Assembly: GCF_009834535.1 (NCBI RefSeq) | Contig: NC_045697.1 | Location: 2,916,001-2,980,000 of the forward strand | Length of the DNA: 64,000 nucleotides | Origin: Camelus ferus | Taxonomy: Eukaryota | Reading direction: 5' to 3' | In this document: piece after piece, positions 41,251 to 53,949 of the stretch | How the letters are laid out: every line of letters begins with the position of its first letter | Position numbering within the stretch: position 1 is the stretch's first letter | The notes under the pieces: model-generated | What the model was told of the DNA's origin: nothing | The model's input: the letters and a program-made list of their open reading frames with translations, nothing else | The model's database searches: none | Position numbers and translations under genes: made by a program

Positions 41251-42824
41251 GGGCAGGCGGTGTTGCTTCATTAGCGTCCATCCGCTCCTTCCCCCACCGC
41301 CCTGCAAAGTCAGCTCCTCGTTTGGAGAAGAAAACACAGGAAGGCCACAGGTCTGTGTGTCTGCACCTGGGGACAGCAAATGACAAACCGGACCTGATTT
41401 TCTGGAAGGACAAGGATGAGGGTGATTTGAAAAAATGCTCTGGCAGGCCCCCTGGGTTGCCACAGTTCATGAGAAAGCACCAGGGATCAGCGAGAGAGCA
41501 CTTGATCCTGCTGGTGCTCCCGGCTCTGCTCATAGCTGGCTGTGTGACTGCAGGCAAGTGCTCACCCTCTCTGAGCCTGGGTGCACCCAGCTGTGAGGTG
41601 GGTTGTACGAGGACCAGATGGCACAAGGACACGCCGTGGTTCTGCCCGTTCTCCCCTCCCCACCCCCCGCCTGACCCAGGAGTCCGTCTGGAAGCCCCTG
41701 GTTTCCCTGGTCTGCCTTTTCATCTGAGTCCAGATTTCACCGAATCAATCAATCAGTGTAAAACCTCCGGGTCCTGTCCTATCATCCAGCTCCATGCAGA
41801 TCTCCCTTCTTCTACCGTATTCACCACCTCAGCCACCCTGTAAGGCCAGTATCGTCACCCCTACTTCGTGGATGAGGAAACTGGGGCTCTGTGGGATGAG
41901 GAAACTTGCCTAGGTCTCACAGCTCGGGCTGGAGCTGGGTCTCTGGTCCTCCTGTGGCTCCTCTGCTAGGGACCCAGGAACCCAGCAGGAGCAAGGCCAC
42001 AGGTGAGGAGGAGCCCCGGAGACCCCAGAGGGGCCAGGCGGAGTGTGTGCTGGCGGCTCTCTCTCTCTCTGGCCTGGCCTCTTCAGAGCCACCACTGTCA
42101 GGCTGGCTGGCACCAGCCTCCAGCTCCAAGGGGGCAGGCGTGGTCACCTGGGCGCTGGGCAGCCAGTGGGCGGCTCCAGTTAGGGCTGGGGAAGCGCTGA
42201 TGCAGAAGATCCTGGTTAACCAGCTGCAGGGAAGGAACGAGGCCCAGGCTGGCAGGCGTGTCCTCACACAGCGCACGGGCTGGACAGACAGGATGCTGGG
42301 TGGCCACGTGGGCTGGATGGTCTTCTGCCATCGTTCCAGCCCCCAGCCCAGCCCTGTGAGCTCACCGTGTGCCGGGCCCTGCAGAGCACAGGGTGGACCT
42401 GGGTCTCCGGCCCAGCAATATGACCCCAGCAATGAGTCCTGGGGAGACGCCTCCCCTCGTCAGCCTGTGCCCTCGCCCGTGCGAGGGGGTCATGATGCGG
42501 GGTTCATAAGGACCACAAATTCATCACGGGAACACCCCGTGTCCAGCACAGGGAGGGCACTGATTTCTTGCTGTTTTTATTATTTTTTCACAAGGTCTAA
42601 ATACAGTAAAATACACTTTGCTCTGGTGTCCGGTTTGCACAAGCGTTAACACAGGTAATCACCCCCTGAAAACACAGAACAATTCCGTCTCCTCTCCCGA
42701 TAGGCTCTGAACTAGGAACACGCTGCTTTTACCTGGAGGTGGTCAAGCTGGTGTGGACGGCGGTTCCCAGGCCCATTCAGCTTTCGAAGCCTTTGCAGGG
42801 CTATTTGGATCTGACCAGTGTGTG

Positions 42825-43170
42825 TGACCAAGACACTCTCGGACCAAACCGTGGTCCAGCCCCAGCAGCCCTTTTGCCAGTGGGCCCAGCCTTTGAGCCA
42901 GAACCCAGCTAAGCCAGTCAAAGCTACGTCCCACTGCTCCCCAAGGACGCCCGATGCCCGGCCTTCAGCAGGGATCCCACAAAGCAGGTTTAACCAGGAC
43001 CACCCCACCCCAGATGTTCCCTTTTAGAAATTTCCATCCACTGACCCCACCCACTCCTGGGCTATGAAACCCACCTGTCCACTTCCTCACAGACATCTCT
43101 TTACCTACGGCAATACTCCTGCATAAAATCACTGCTTTAACTGCCGTCCAGCTCTGGGTTTTCTCTGATA
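42825..43170 (+). mobile_element. ERV1-class LTR (MER31-like)
   Basis: tgaccaagacactctc..gaccaaac start; gctaagccagt; ttccatccactgacccc; tttaact..gtccagctctgg..tttctctgata end. Confidence 0.6.
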
Positions 43171-43354
43171 TGCACCCACCAGTATCCTCTTTAGGGTCAG
43201 ACCCTAAACTTGGGGGTAAGCAGCCCCCTCCTTGAACCCCCCATCCAGGCACAGGGAGGGCGCTTCACCGGGCAATGGTGGTTGTTCTGCTCAGGGTCCT
43301 GACTTCTGCGGCGGGAGGTCCACACCGGCCAGAGCCACTGAGGGCCTCTCGTGC

Positions 43355-43813
43355 TGTTACCAATCAGGGTTCCTGGACTTCTTAACCTTCTTAATAGAAA
43401 TTGAGAAGAGTCCAGAGGAGAAACTAAGGCAAGGCTTTACTGGGGCTCATGCTGCAGCACCAGGGAGCGAGAACAAGTAACAGGGGCCCGTGCTCCCAGA
43501 GGAGGGGCGAGCTGGTCCCTTAAATGGGGTGAGGAGGGGGGCGGGTCCAGGGGTCAGGCCAGAGGAGGGGCTTAGGTGGTCTGCCCACCCCCTTGGTGGT
43601 CCTGTGTGCAAGGATCGTCTGAGGTACCCTGCTTTTGTTCCCGACACTTCAGAAGTGGCACTTGGGTTTTTGGTCTTTTTGTATCTCTTTGTTCATAATT
43701 TGATCCCAACAGCACATGCATGCAGTTGTTTTTAGTCCCTTACAATTTCTTTGTATTTTGTTGCTCGAGATGTTTGTCCAGTTGCGAGCAGCAGGGGGTC
43801 CCAGCCTGTCTCA
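43355..43813 (-). mobile_element. Apparently complete solo ERV LTR (ERV1-like), about 459 bp
   Basis: The minus strand starts TGAGACAGG and ends GGTAACA (TG...CA); AGTAAA polyA-type signal near 43436-43441; flanks GTGC (43351-43354) and ATGC (43814-43817) form a near-perfect 4-bp TSD. Confidence 0.7.
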
Positions 43814-45489
43814 ATGCCACCTGTTCACCTGTGGAGAGGGGACCTGTCACTGAGCACCGGCTTACACCCCATTAGACCGTCCCAGACAGCCTGCAAGGTC
43901 CCTGTGAGAGTTCCCATTTTAAAGATGAGAAGAGTGAGGCCCGGAAAGGAATGACAGCATGACCACAGCAGATTCTTCCTCTGTGGCTGGTCATTCAGGT
44001 TATGGACATAGTTGCTCAGAAAACCCACGTGCGGGATTTTCCTCAGTTAGACGCTGGAGACTGTGGGCCCACTGCTGTCTCGTCTCTGCCTCTCCGCCCC
44101 TCTAGCTGAGGGCCAGAAAGCAGATAGCTCGCTGTCTGGAGAGCAGGTCGGATTACTCGCTAGCAGCAAGAACTCCTCTAAACCCTCCCGCTTCCCCTCG
44201 TGCAGTGCAGCCGGGGCGGCTCCCAGAAAGGGAGCCAGCAACCACGGTGCAGGCATCCAGCGTCCTCGGAACGCCTCTTGGCCTTTTCACGTCAGCCTTT
44301 CTCATCAAGGGTCTCTTAAGAAAACGGAGTTCCAATGCCCTCGGGCACCCACCCTTCTAATGAATTAGCCCTCCTCCCACCCCAGGCGTCCAGAGCATCC
44401 TCCCAGTGAGCTTCCGCAGAGAAAACAGCCCACGGATCTCTCTCCAGCCCCAGGTTCAGAACTCAGCTGGAGAAGGGCTGCTCCGCCTGCCTTGCCCTCA
44501 CTCCTGGCTCCTGTCCGCCCCTCCAACTCCTCCCCCGTTATTTCTCTGTCTCTGTCTCCCTCCCTCCTCACCCCACCCCCCCGTGAGTGACATCTGTGGC
44601 TCCTGCCATCTCTCTGAATCTCCACAGGGCAAGTCCCCAGTCGCAGTCACTCAGGTAGCTCAGGCAGAAGGCTCCGCCACTTTTCTGATTCCCAGGGACC
44701 CAGCTGCCTGGGCTCTGTGCCTGGCACTCAAGGTTCCTAGGGACACAGCCCCTCAGCCTTGGCAGCCCCCTCTCCTGCTCGGTCCTGTCCCTCCCTGCCT
44801 TGGCCTGGGCCCCCCCCCCAACCCCCCTCCAGAAAGGGAGACAGGGATTTGAAGAGGAAACTTCCTGTGACAGTGACTCCCAGGAACAAGAGGGGGCCCA
44901 GGGAGGGGGCCACAGGTCGAGGGCAGAGATGAGGGATGTTACCGAGCTGGTCACCCTGCAGGCACCTGGGGCTTAATCCCACTGAGACCTTCTGAGCCGC
45001 GTGGAATGTGCCTCAGAATCGCCCCCTTGAGCCTTGAAGAGGGCTGTGGGTGCACAGACTCCCCGGCCCCTCGGTCAGGGGTGGCCTTGGCTGTGGATGG
45101 CCTCGCACCACCAGGCTGCATGCCGGGCAATCCCGTGGGCACCCCCGCCACGTGTCAGTGAAGCCCGGGGCAGAACTGAAGAGACTTTGCAGGGCAGCAT
45201 CTGAGATGCCCAGTGCAGCCCAGCCCTCACGTGGCTCAGCTCTGCTCACACCCAGTCAAGACGAGGCCACCGATGGACCTTCTCGGCAGCCCACAGTCTC
45301 TACAGAGACTCATGCAGGAGGCTCAGCAGAACAAGGGACGGCCCGTAGCTCCCGCGGGGCTCCGGCGCTCACTCACCCTCTCTTCCCCCACCATTCCAGG
45401 CCCCACGCACGCCTGGCCAGCACTCCCATCAGGGCCACCTGAGGGACGGGAGGCGCAGACCGTCCCGGAGCCCTCAGTGCTGGCGCCTC

Positions 45490-45790
45490 ACACGGCTGTC
45501 CTTGCGCTGCCTGTTTGCTGTCACCACTGGGTGGAAGAGCCCAGAGACATCGCCGTGGTCTTCCAGGCTCCAGACTCACTCCTCCTGCCCGTGGGGGCAT
45601 CCCCAGCTCGTGATGATCAGGGTCACTTATCTTCCCCCTCCCACCCCCAGGAGAGGAGCTCTGCCTCTGGTCCATTGGTCTGAGGCCCCCAACGGCAAAG
45701 TTCAATGGAACCTTTACTCTGTCCCCTGGTGGAAGCATCACCATCCCTTCCATCCCCACAGAACTGGGACCACTAATCCCACTTGCAACA
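45490..45790 (-). mobile_element. Decayed ERV-L/MaLR internal sequence with a dUTPase-like fossil
   Basis: Minus-strand peptides MLPPGDRVKVPLNF, DPDHHELG and, after a frameshift, GQEE*VWS..PVVTANRQ resemble recalled ERV-L dUTPase-region motifs. Confidence 0.6.
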
Positions 45791-46439
45791 GGGCCCTGAG
45801 ACACAGAGCTGGGTGGCACACCTTCTACCCGTGGGTGACGGAGGACAATGGTGGCAGGGCCCTGCGCACCGCCTGCTGGTCGGGGGCACCCACTGCATCC
45901 TGGAACACAGGGCCCGACCTGCAGGGGATGGAGGGGCATTCTCTCAGCCGGTAGCTTCTAGAGATTTTGTTTTTTGTGGCAGGACAAGTAGATCCCATGG
46001 TCTAGGACTCGATGTCATACCTTCTTTGCAGCAAAAGGGGACCCGTGGTCTGAGGCCTCTTCCTAAGGAGCTGTCATAGACAATATTGCTGATTATTATT
46101 CATAAATTGGACACTGACGTCTCACCAGCCCCCAGTGGGTGGAGAACTGGGGGCCCAGGGAAGATTCCACGGTGAGTGTACTTGTCCTTCCAGCTCTCTG
46201 CAGGGTGACGTCCCAGGCATTTCCCTGACACACAGCAGATATTCTTTTCTTGTTGAGTCTTGCCTGGAGCAGAGTTGGGAGATGTCACCTTTCTTTCCAG
46301 CTCTGATGAGGGGTCAGGCAAGCCAGAGGCTCTCAGGAATTCCCCAAGCTCATCTACCAGGCCAGAAGCAATCCAAGCACGGTTCTACCTGGAGAGAGAT
46401 TCTGCCAAGGACACCTAACTGTTCTTTTCAATGACATCA

Positions 46440-46870
46440 CAAACTCTGATGCCTTACGGGATTCGAGGGTGTCATAAATAACAAAAACTCAAGTCCTATG
46501 TAACTCAAACAAAAAGGTCTTTCTTGGCTCATGGATATGGAAATCCAGAAGTAGGTGGGTCTCAGGACTGGCTTGATCCAGGTGCTCTGACCTCATTTCT
46601 GCATGATCTTCTCCCTGTGTTGGCTTCATTCTCAGGCTGACTGTCTGTGTGGGGACAAAATTACAATATATCCCCCACCACAACATCCAGACCAGAAGAG
46701 AGAGGGATCTTCTGAAGCTCTCCCCTAAAGATGAGGGACATCTTTTCCAGTATTTCTCAGCAAGCCCTCGCTCACATCCATTGGCCTGAATTGGGTCATA
46801 TGCCATTCCTGGAGTAAGTTCTATGTGCAGGGAATGCTGAGTGCTGACTGGTGTTGCTGATGTTTGTCTC
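46440..46870 (-). mobile_element. Old MaLR LTR (MLT1J/K-like)
   Basis: ttggctcat..aaatccaga, ggcttgatccagg, tggcttcattctcagg, cattggcctgaattgggtcatatgcca. Confidence 0.65.
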
Positions 46871-48825
46871 CAGAGGAAGGGGGTCACACTTAGGCCCACC
46901 AGAACCTCCTGAGCTGGGCCAGCTTACTGGGAAGTCCAGGGGGGCTTCTTACTGGGGCTGCACGGTAGACTCTGAACAAAACTTCGGGTGCTGTGCGAAG
47001 GTAGGGAGCAAGAGAAATGGGCATTAGGTAAACACCAGTCAGGAGACAAGGCAGAGACTCAGGAATTCCCAGCTGGCTGCCCGGTCTCTCCACACTCACC
47101 TGCTTCCTTAGATCAGGATTATGGACTATTCGGTCTCTGCGGCCAAGACCTCAAATAGCAGGAAAAGGGGGAGGGATGGCTAAAGACCTTGTGTGAGGCT
47201 GAACCTCTCTCTCTCCCCTTGGGTTGGCTGGAGGCAGGTGCGTGGGTGCTGTTTGCCTGCACACCTGCCTGCACACCTGCCGTAGGCTGGGTCAGAAAGC
47301 TGGCTTCACTTTGCAGGGGAGTTAATGCTCCTTATAACATGCCTGCAATTAGAGCACTCCACCACGTGGGGGCAGTGAAGGAGAGCGATTTATTGGCCTT
47401 GTTGAAACAAGATAGCTTCTGGTGTGCACGGTATCTTGAGAAGTTTGGATGATAGCATATTTTTTCCATGAAATTAGATTAAATTTCTGTTAAAAATATG
47501 CCTCTTCGTTAAGGCAACTAAGTTCCTTTTAGGACACTTTTTCTCATCACCTTCTCTGCTCTGGACCCATAGTCAGCGCCTAGGCCTCTGTGTCTGGCCA
47601 CACAAAGGGCAGACACAAACGCGAGATGTGGGGAGCAGCACTCGGGTTGGACGCTGCACACGCTGGGGGCTGTGGGTGAGGCTGGACTCGCTTCACCCCA
47701 GGGGGCAGGGAGCAGCTCCCCAGGGCGTCGGAGTGAGGAGCAGCGTGCTTCTCAGCAACTGTTTTTAATGCTGTAGACACAGAACTACACAGAGCTGACT
47801 GGATCCCCTCTCAGCTGGGGCGGAGCTGGGGCTGCCCTGACTGTCTGGCCCCATGCTTTCCCTGTCCCTCCAGTTCTTCAGATCTGTTTTCATCCAAGAT
47901 ACTCCCCACGTCCAAAGCTTACCATCTAGTGAGAGATACGACAAGGAAGCAGCCAACAATAGTCCATGTGATCGGGCCCGTGATCAGGGGAGCCCCAGGA
48001 CCCAGGGGAACCCAGAGGAGCACCCAGCCTGGCTCAGAGATCAGGGAGGGCTTCCCAGAGGAGGTGATGCCTGGACTGAATCTCAGGGATCAAATAGGAG
48101 TTGGCCCCAAAAAAGACATTCTAGTGGAGACCGCGTGGCGCTGATTATCAGAGGGACCTGGGTCCAGCCTCAGCCTGGCCGCTCTGGCCAGGTGACCTCT
48201 GCACATCACTTACCCTTGGTGAGCCTAAGGCCGCTTGTCCACAAGGCCGGGGTGGTACTCCCCAGCCAGTCCTCAGGGGAAGGCTGGAGTGACGGGTGTT
48301 GTGGGGAAGGCATTCAGTAAACTGCATGTGAGGCTTAGGGTCCATTTCCTCAAAGCCCATCCACTTATCAGTGACCTGGAGCAGCTTCAGAGAGCAGGGC
48401 TCTTAACAGAACCATTTCCACACCCCAGGACATAGCCATTCACACAGGCAGTGCCAGTGCACCAAGTGTTTAGGGGTGATGGGCTGTTTTGCCTTGATCA
48501 TCTGAGGCTGATGTGGAAATGTGGAGCAGGCATGTGGAAGGGCTGCACAAGGCTCAGACAGGACCCTTCCATCTGCCAGGACAAGGGCTGGCATCACTGC
48601 CGGGGTGGCTGCCTTCGGGGTTCCCTGCTGGGCCTCGTGCCCACATCATCACCAACAAGTAGAAACACGGGAAATCGGGGTCCAGAGGCTGGGGGAGTCT
48701 GGTGGTTTCCAGCGGCTGGGGACCTGCTTCCCTGTGTGACACTGTCTCTCTGGGCCTCAGTTTACTTCTCTCCAACTGGGGGCCCTCAGACTTGAAGCTT
48801 TCCTCTCAGGCCCTTTATGGGGCGA

Positions 48826-49262
48826 TGCTAGGTTGAATTGCCCCCTCCCCACACCCCCAACTACCAAAGGTACCCTCAAGTCCCAACCCTGGGACCTGTG
48901 AGTGAGACCTTCTTTGAAAATAGGGTCTCCATAGATGTAGTTAGTTAAGACAAGGCCATGCATGGGGAAGGCAGGCCCCAAATCCCAGGGCTGGTGTCTC
49001 TTTAAGAAGAGGAGAGACACATGGAGAGACAGCCGTGTGATGACGGAGGCACAGAGTGGGGAGCTGCAGGGACACCAAGGATCGTAGGGAGTCCCCAGAA
49101 GCTGGAGACAGGCAAGAAGGGAGACCTCCCCCTACAGCTCTCGGGGGTGCACGGCCCCGCCTCCACCTTGATCTCAGATGTCAGGCCCCCAGACCGTGAG
49201 AACAAACTTCTGTTAAGCCCCCGGGTCATGATGCTTTGTCCCACAGCCCCAGGACACTCACA
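48826..49262 (+). mobile_element. MaLR LTR (MLT1C-like)
   Basis: tgctaggttgaattg, tttgaaaatagggtc, cagaagctggagacaggcaagaagg, aaacttctgttaagcc. Confidence 0.85.
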
Positions 49263-52200
49263 TTCCAGAAACTCCTTGACCATCCCAGCTCTTCTTCATC
49301 TCCCATTTCCAGCACAGGGGCAATATACAGTAGGTGCTCAATAAATGCACTACCCACCCCCTGAGCTGGCGCTGCCCTTCCACTCTGTTTCTCTCACGTG
49401 CTCCTATTTCGCCTTGTCTGTTTCTGCTGCACGGGTACAAAGCTTAATTAGAGGAAGGGCTTTATGATCAGCAGCCACAAATCCAAGCCTTGCACAGCGC
49501 GAGTCATTTCCAGGATCAGGCTTCTTTCCATCACCTGTCATGAGCCACCTCTTGTCAGTTTTCTGTGATGACAAATTGTCGCCAAGTCCGCAAACCACTC
49601 AGAGTTAACTGGGCAGTTAAAGTTACGGAGCAGCCTCAGCCATTAAGGAGAATCAGGGCACGTGTGTAACGCAGGCCAGCACAGCTCCCCCTCTGCCTGG
49701 AGAATTCAGGCGAACCGCAGGTGTGTGAGGCCGAGGTTGGACCCGCATCAGGTGAACAATCCAGGTGTGTGGACTGGTACTGGAGGGAGTGAGGCTCCAA
49801 GCTGTGAGTCACATGTTATTTTTACTCCTGGTTTCTTGTGGCATGATTTTAAATTATTGAGTGGTTGGAATGATCCCACAATGAAATCATATTTCATTCG
49901 TTTCTCCATTTGGCTAAGTAAATCAATTTCTGGGCTGTATCTGGAGGTGAAGAAAGGACAGAGAAACCCACGGCTTTGACGAGAGAAGGCCTGGAGGTGC
50001 CCGGGGGGTGTTCAGGGCCTCTGGACACAGCCTCTTCCACGGGCCACTGTGTGCCCTCCGCTGCAGAACATCTGCACAGCTGGGTTTTCAGGGCGACATC
50101 TTTCTAGACCAGGCCCCAGGTGAGCCCAGCCACGCTGTGCACTCTCTGTGTAGAAGCAGTTTGTGGGAAGCCTTGGCAGACCCAGCGCAAGGTCAGGGAT
50201 GTTGGAAAGGAGCCCAGGGGAGTCTCACCTCTTTCCTTTCGGTATGCTGAGTGCGGGGCGTGAGAGGGGGCGTCGGCAGGCGCGCACTGAGCCTGGAGGT
50301 CAGTGGCTATGCTCCTCTGTGCTGGAGAACCCCGCATGCTCTGGAGACCCTGAGGTGCTCTGGAGACCCCTTGATAAGTCAGAAGTGGCCCTGCCTGGGT
50401 GGCCTGATGTCTGGCAAGGGAGTCAGACAGGAGACAGATGGTGAAGATACAGAGGGACATGGCAGGTACAGACAAGGCCTCGTGGAACAAAAGTAGCCCC
50501 TGGTTTAGCTGGGGGTTCAGGGGGTCTTCCCCAAGGAGGGACTCTCCCGTGGAGCCCAGTGGGTGAGGCTTAGCCATCAGGTGAAGGTGGGGCATCCCCA
50601 CAGTGTGTGTAGGGGGCGGGGCAGAGGGCCTGGCATGGTTTGGATCCAGTGGGGCAGGTCTCTTTGGGCCGAACACCTCAGCCTCTGCTCAGGGCCCCCA
50701 CCTCATCACGTGGCCTCCGCAATGCCCCTTGGAGGCACAGCAGGTCCAGGAGGGGTGAGTGCCGAAGCCCACGGGCTCTCTTCAGTAGGGCCTGGGTGTG
50801 CGTCCCAGCTCTTCCCTCAGGAGTAGTTTGCGTGTGGGCAAGCTAAAGCCTCAAATTCCCCACCTGTGAAATGGGTGTGACAGTCAGCATGAGGATGGCA
50901 ACGGGGGCTTCTCTGGCACAGAGCGACCCCAGGGCATGGCAGCCCTGGTCACAACTACTGTGTCACCTGGCTCGGCCCCGGGGAATCCCCAGGCACAGTT
51001 TTATACTTACCCTGGGTTCCCTTTCCCTGAGCAGGAGGCTGGCCCCAGGGGGTTAGAAAAAACCTCTCCATCCATGCTATTCTGCCCCAAGTAAGCAGCC
51101 CCTGGCCCGTGGTCGCTGCCCCCCACCCCAGCCCTTCCTGGGCCAGCCTCAAGAAGCCCAACACAAACAGCCACCTGCCCCAGGTCAGGCCGGGCTGTAC
51201 TGGGCTCTGCCCTGCCCACCCCGGCCCCGCCCACCACTCATCACCTGGCTTCCCAAGGCCTGTACGCCCCCAAAAGGGCACTAAACATTTTCAGGATAAA
51301 TGATCCTGATTTTGAAGCTATTTGCCAGCCTTCAGAGCAGGGACAGACACCTGTGCCTGTTGCATTAGTCAAACAAGAAAAAGTCTTTACCTGCAGGTCA
51401 CTGGACTCATTTCTCAGGAACTCTCACCCAGCACAGCCCATGCAGGAAAAATGCTCCCCAAAGACACACCAGGAATGCCTGTGCTTTTCAGCCAAGCAAG
51501 GTGTTTTACGCATTTAACAGATGTTTGAGAAGGAACACGTTGTCATTGATTATTTGTGTGTTTTAGGGTCACCTCTGCGTTGCCAGGAATGGAACCCCTA
51601 AACTATAGCTGGGCCCCCACAGAAGATCAAGGGGAATGGACCCTAGAACCAACTGGGCCAGGGGCCTGAGGCCTCGCTTTCCCCATTCTGCAGCCTCCAA
51701 CACACCGGAACAATCCACATCCCGTAATAAGTGGCTAGGAAACTGAGGGCCAGAGTGGAGTTCCCAGCGTTTCCTCCAGGGTCCTACCTGGGCTCTTCCC
51801 ATCTGCTCCTGGCCTCCTGTGCTCCCTGGCACCTGCCTGCAGCACCGGGCACGTCCACCTTGATGACCCAGGATCCTGACATCCCAGCCCCGATTATACC
51901 CCCAACCTCCCTGGAGCCCAGGTTTGGACAAGGAGGGCGCCGGGCCACAAAGCAGGGGAAAGTGGAAGCGCCCACTTGTAAGTGCATCCTACTCCCAAAG
52001 GCGGCCGTGAGAGCCCAGAGGCAGCAGGCTGCATGCCCCGAGGCCCATCCCCAGAGGGACATGGGCCAGTGCTGCAGGCTGGGGGCTCTGGCCGGGGGAC
52101 CTGGGCCACTGGTGCCTTAGAAAGCTCAACCCCTTCTTCACTTCCCCTGAGTGGGGTGTGGCGGGGGGGCATCCCCTCTCAAGCCTGTAGGGTAGAAAGT

Positions 52201-53949
52201 CATGGCCCTGCTTCAAGGGTTGCAGGAAGGATTAAACCAAATGAAAGCTGTAAGTCCTCAGGCAGGAAAGATGGGGCAAAAGCAGCAGAGTAGGGTGGAG
52301 GGCCGGTGGGGCCACTGCCTGGGCACCCACCTGCAAGGGGCTGCAAGGGACCCCGGGTGAAATGATATGAGGAGTCCCCACCCCAGGGAACGTCTGATGA
52401 GCACCTAAGGTGGGAGGGGCCCCCAAGGAGCAGGCGCAGCCCCTGTACTGCACCCCTTCTGTCTGCAGGAGGTGTGAGCTCGGCAGAAGAATGGGGGAGG
52501 CGAGAATAGGGGGGTCAGCCAAGGGACACTCCCTCTGCCTCCTGGCTCTTCCTTCTGCATCTGTACCCAGCAAGGCCCAGCTGTTCCTCTGAATATCTGA
52601 ATGCACTCTTAATAAATGTTGTAAGGGTCTCTGACCATTAGCCTGTGTGGAACCTCCCTGTGTCAGAGTCCCTCTGACACTCCCTCCTTTAAGGCCTGCT
52701 TCGAAAGCAGGTGGAAACACATTCTACAATGAATCACATGACTTGTGAACAAATTCTTGTCTGTTTTCTTCACTTGAACAGTGCCCCAGTTCACTAAAGG
52801 TGTTGAATGCATGGTGGATGGGTGGAGATGGAAGACAGTCGAGAAAAGGCAACAGTCTTTTAGGACTGGTGATGAGCAATACTGCTCTCTGGTCAATTTC
52901 AATGACAGTAAATATAATAACTATCATTCACTGAGCCCTGAGTTTTCGCACTTTGAAGTGTTTTATTCTCATTACTCATTTTGGCCCTCCCAAAAACCCT
53001 CTGGGACAGGTACCATGGTTTGACAGATTCGGAAGCTGAGGCACAGAGAGGGCAAGCAAGTTGCCCAAGGTCACACCTGCTTCATAGCACCAGGGATAAC
53101 AACCGAGAGGTGGAGACTGCTAACAGTCTAACAATGCCCACAGAGGCACAGAGTGAGGGACCTTGTACCAGAAGCTAGAGAAGCCAGGCTCCCCACCAGG
53201 CGGTCAGACCTCCAGGGGCTCCACCCCTACTGGCCCGCACCTGCCCTCGCCAGAACTAACCACCCAAATGTAATGCTCTCAGCCACAGTGGATCGTCACT
53301 CAGCCACTTCATGGATGGGGCCCTGATGCCCACAGAGTGGGAGGCCCTCAGGGTCGCACCACTGAGGGGGCAGCTGGGTTGGGAACAGGGCACCTGACTC
53401 CTGCTACTGCTCCTTCCACCTCCACATCCTACCTGTGCTCTGGGCAAAAGTCCCCGGCAGACAGGGATGGAGCCCTGCAGCTGCAGGACAACCACCCAGC
53501 CAGACTTTCTGGGTTTCTAGGGTGTGTGGGGCTTGGGCCGACTGGCCTGGCCCATGGCTGGTTCTGCAGGACTTCGGGTCTCCCCCGAAGTGTCTGCTCC
53601 TGGCCCCTCTTCCCGGTAGATGGACGCTGCTGGGGACCAAGGAAGAACACCTGCTCCTGCCTCACTGTTGCATTCAGAGTTCACATTTTCTGTGGCCAGC
53701 GCTCCCTCCCTTGTTGACAGCATCTCCCCAGTTCCCATCCTTCCCCCATCACGCACTACCACGTCCGGGGGAGTCTTCCTGTTGAACGGTCCTCCAGTGC
53801 AGGCCCTCCACACTCCCGCAGTCCCCTTCCGTCAGAACCAGACACCCAGTGGGGTCTGCCTGCTCCCACCTCGGGGCCTTTCTTCTCCTGTACCCGGACC
53901 CATGCCCTGTGCTGGGCACCTGACATTACAGAAGTCAGTCGGCTACTCA

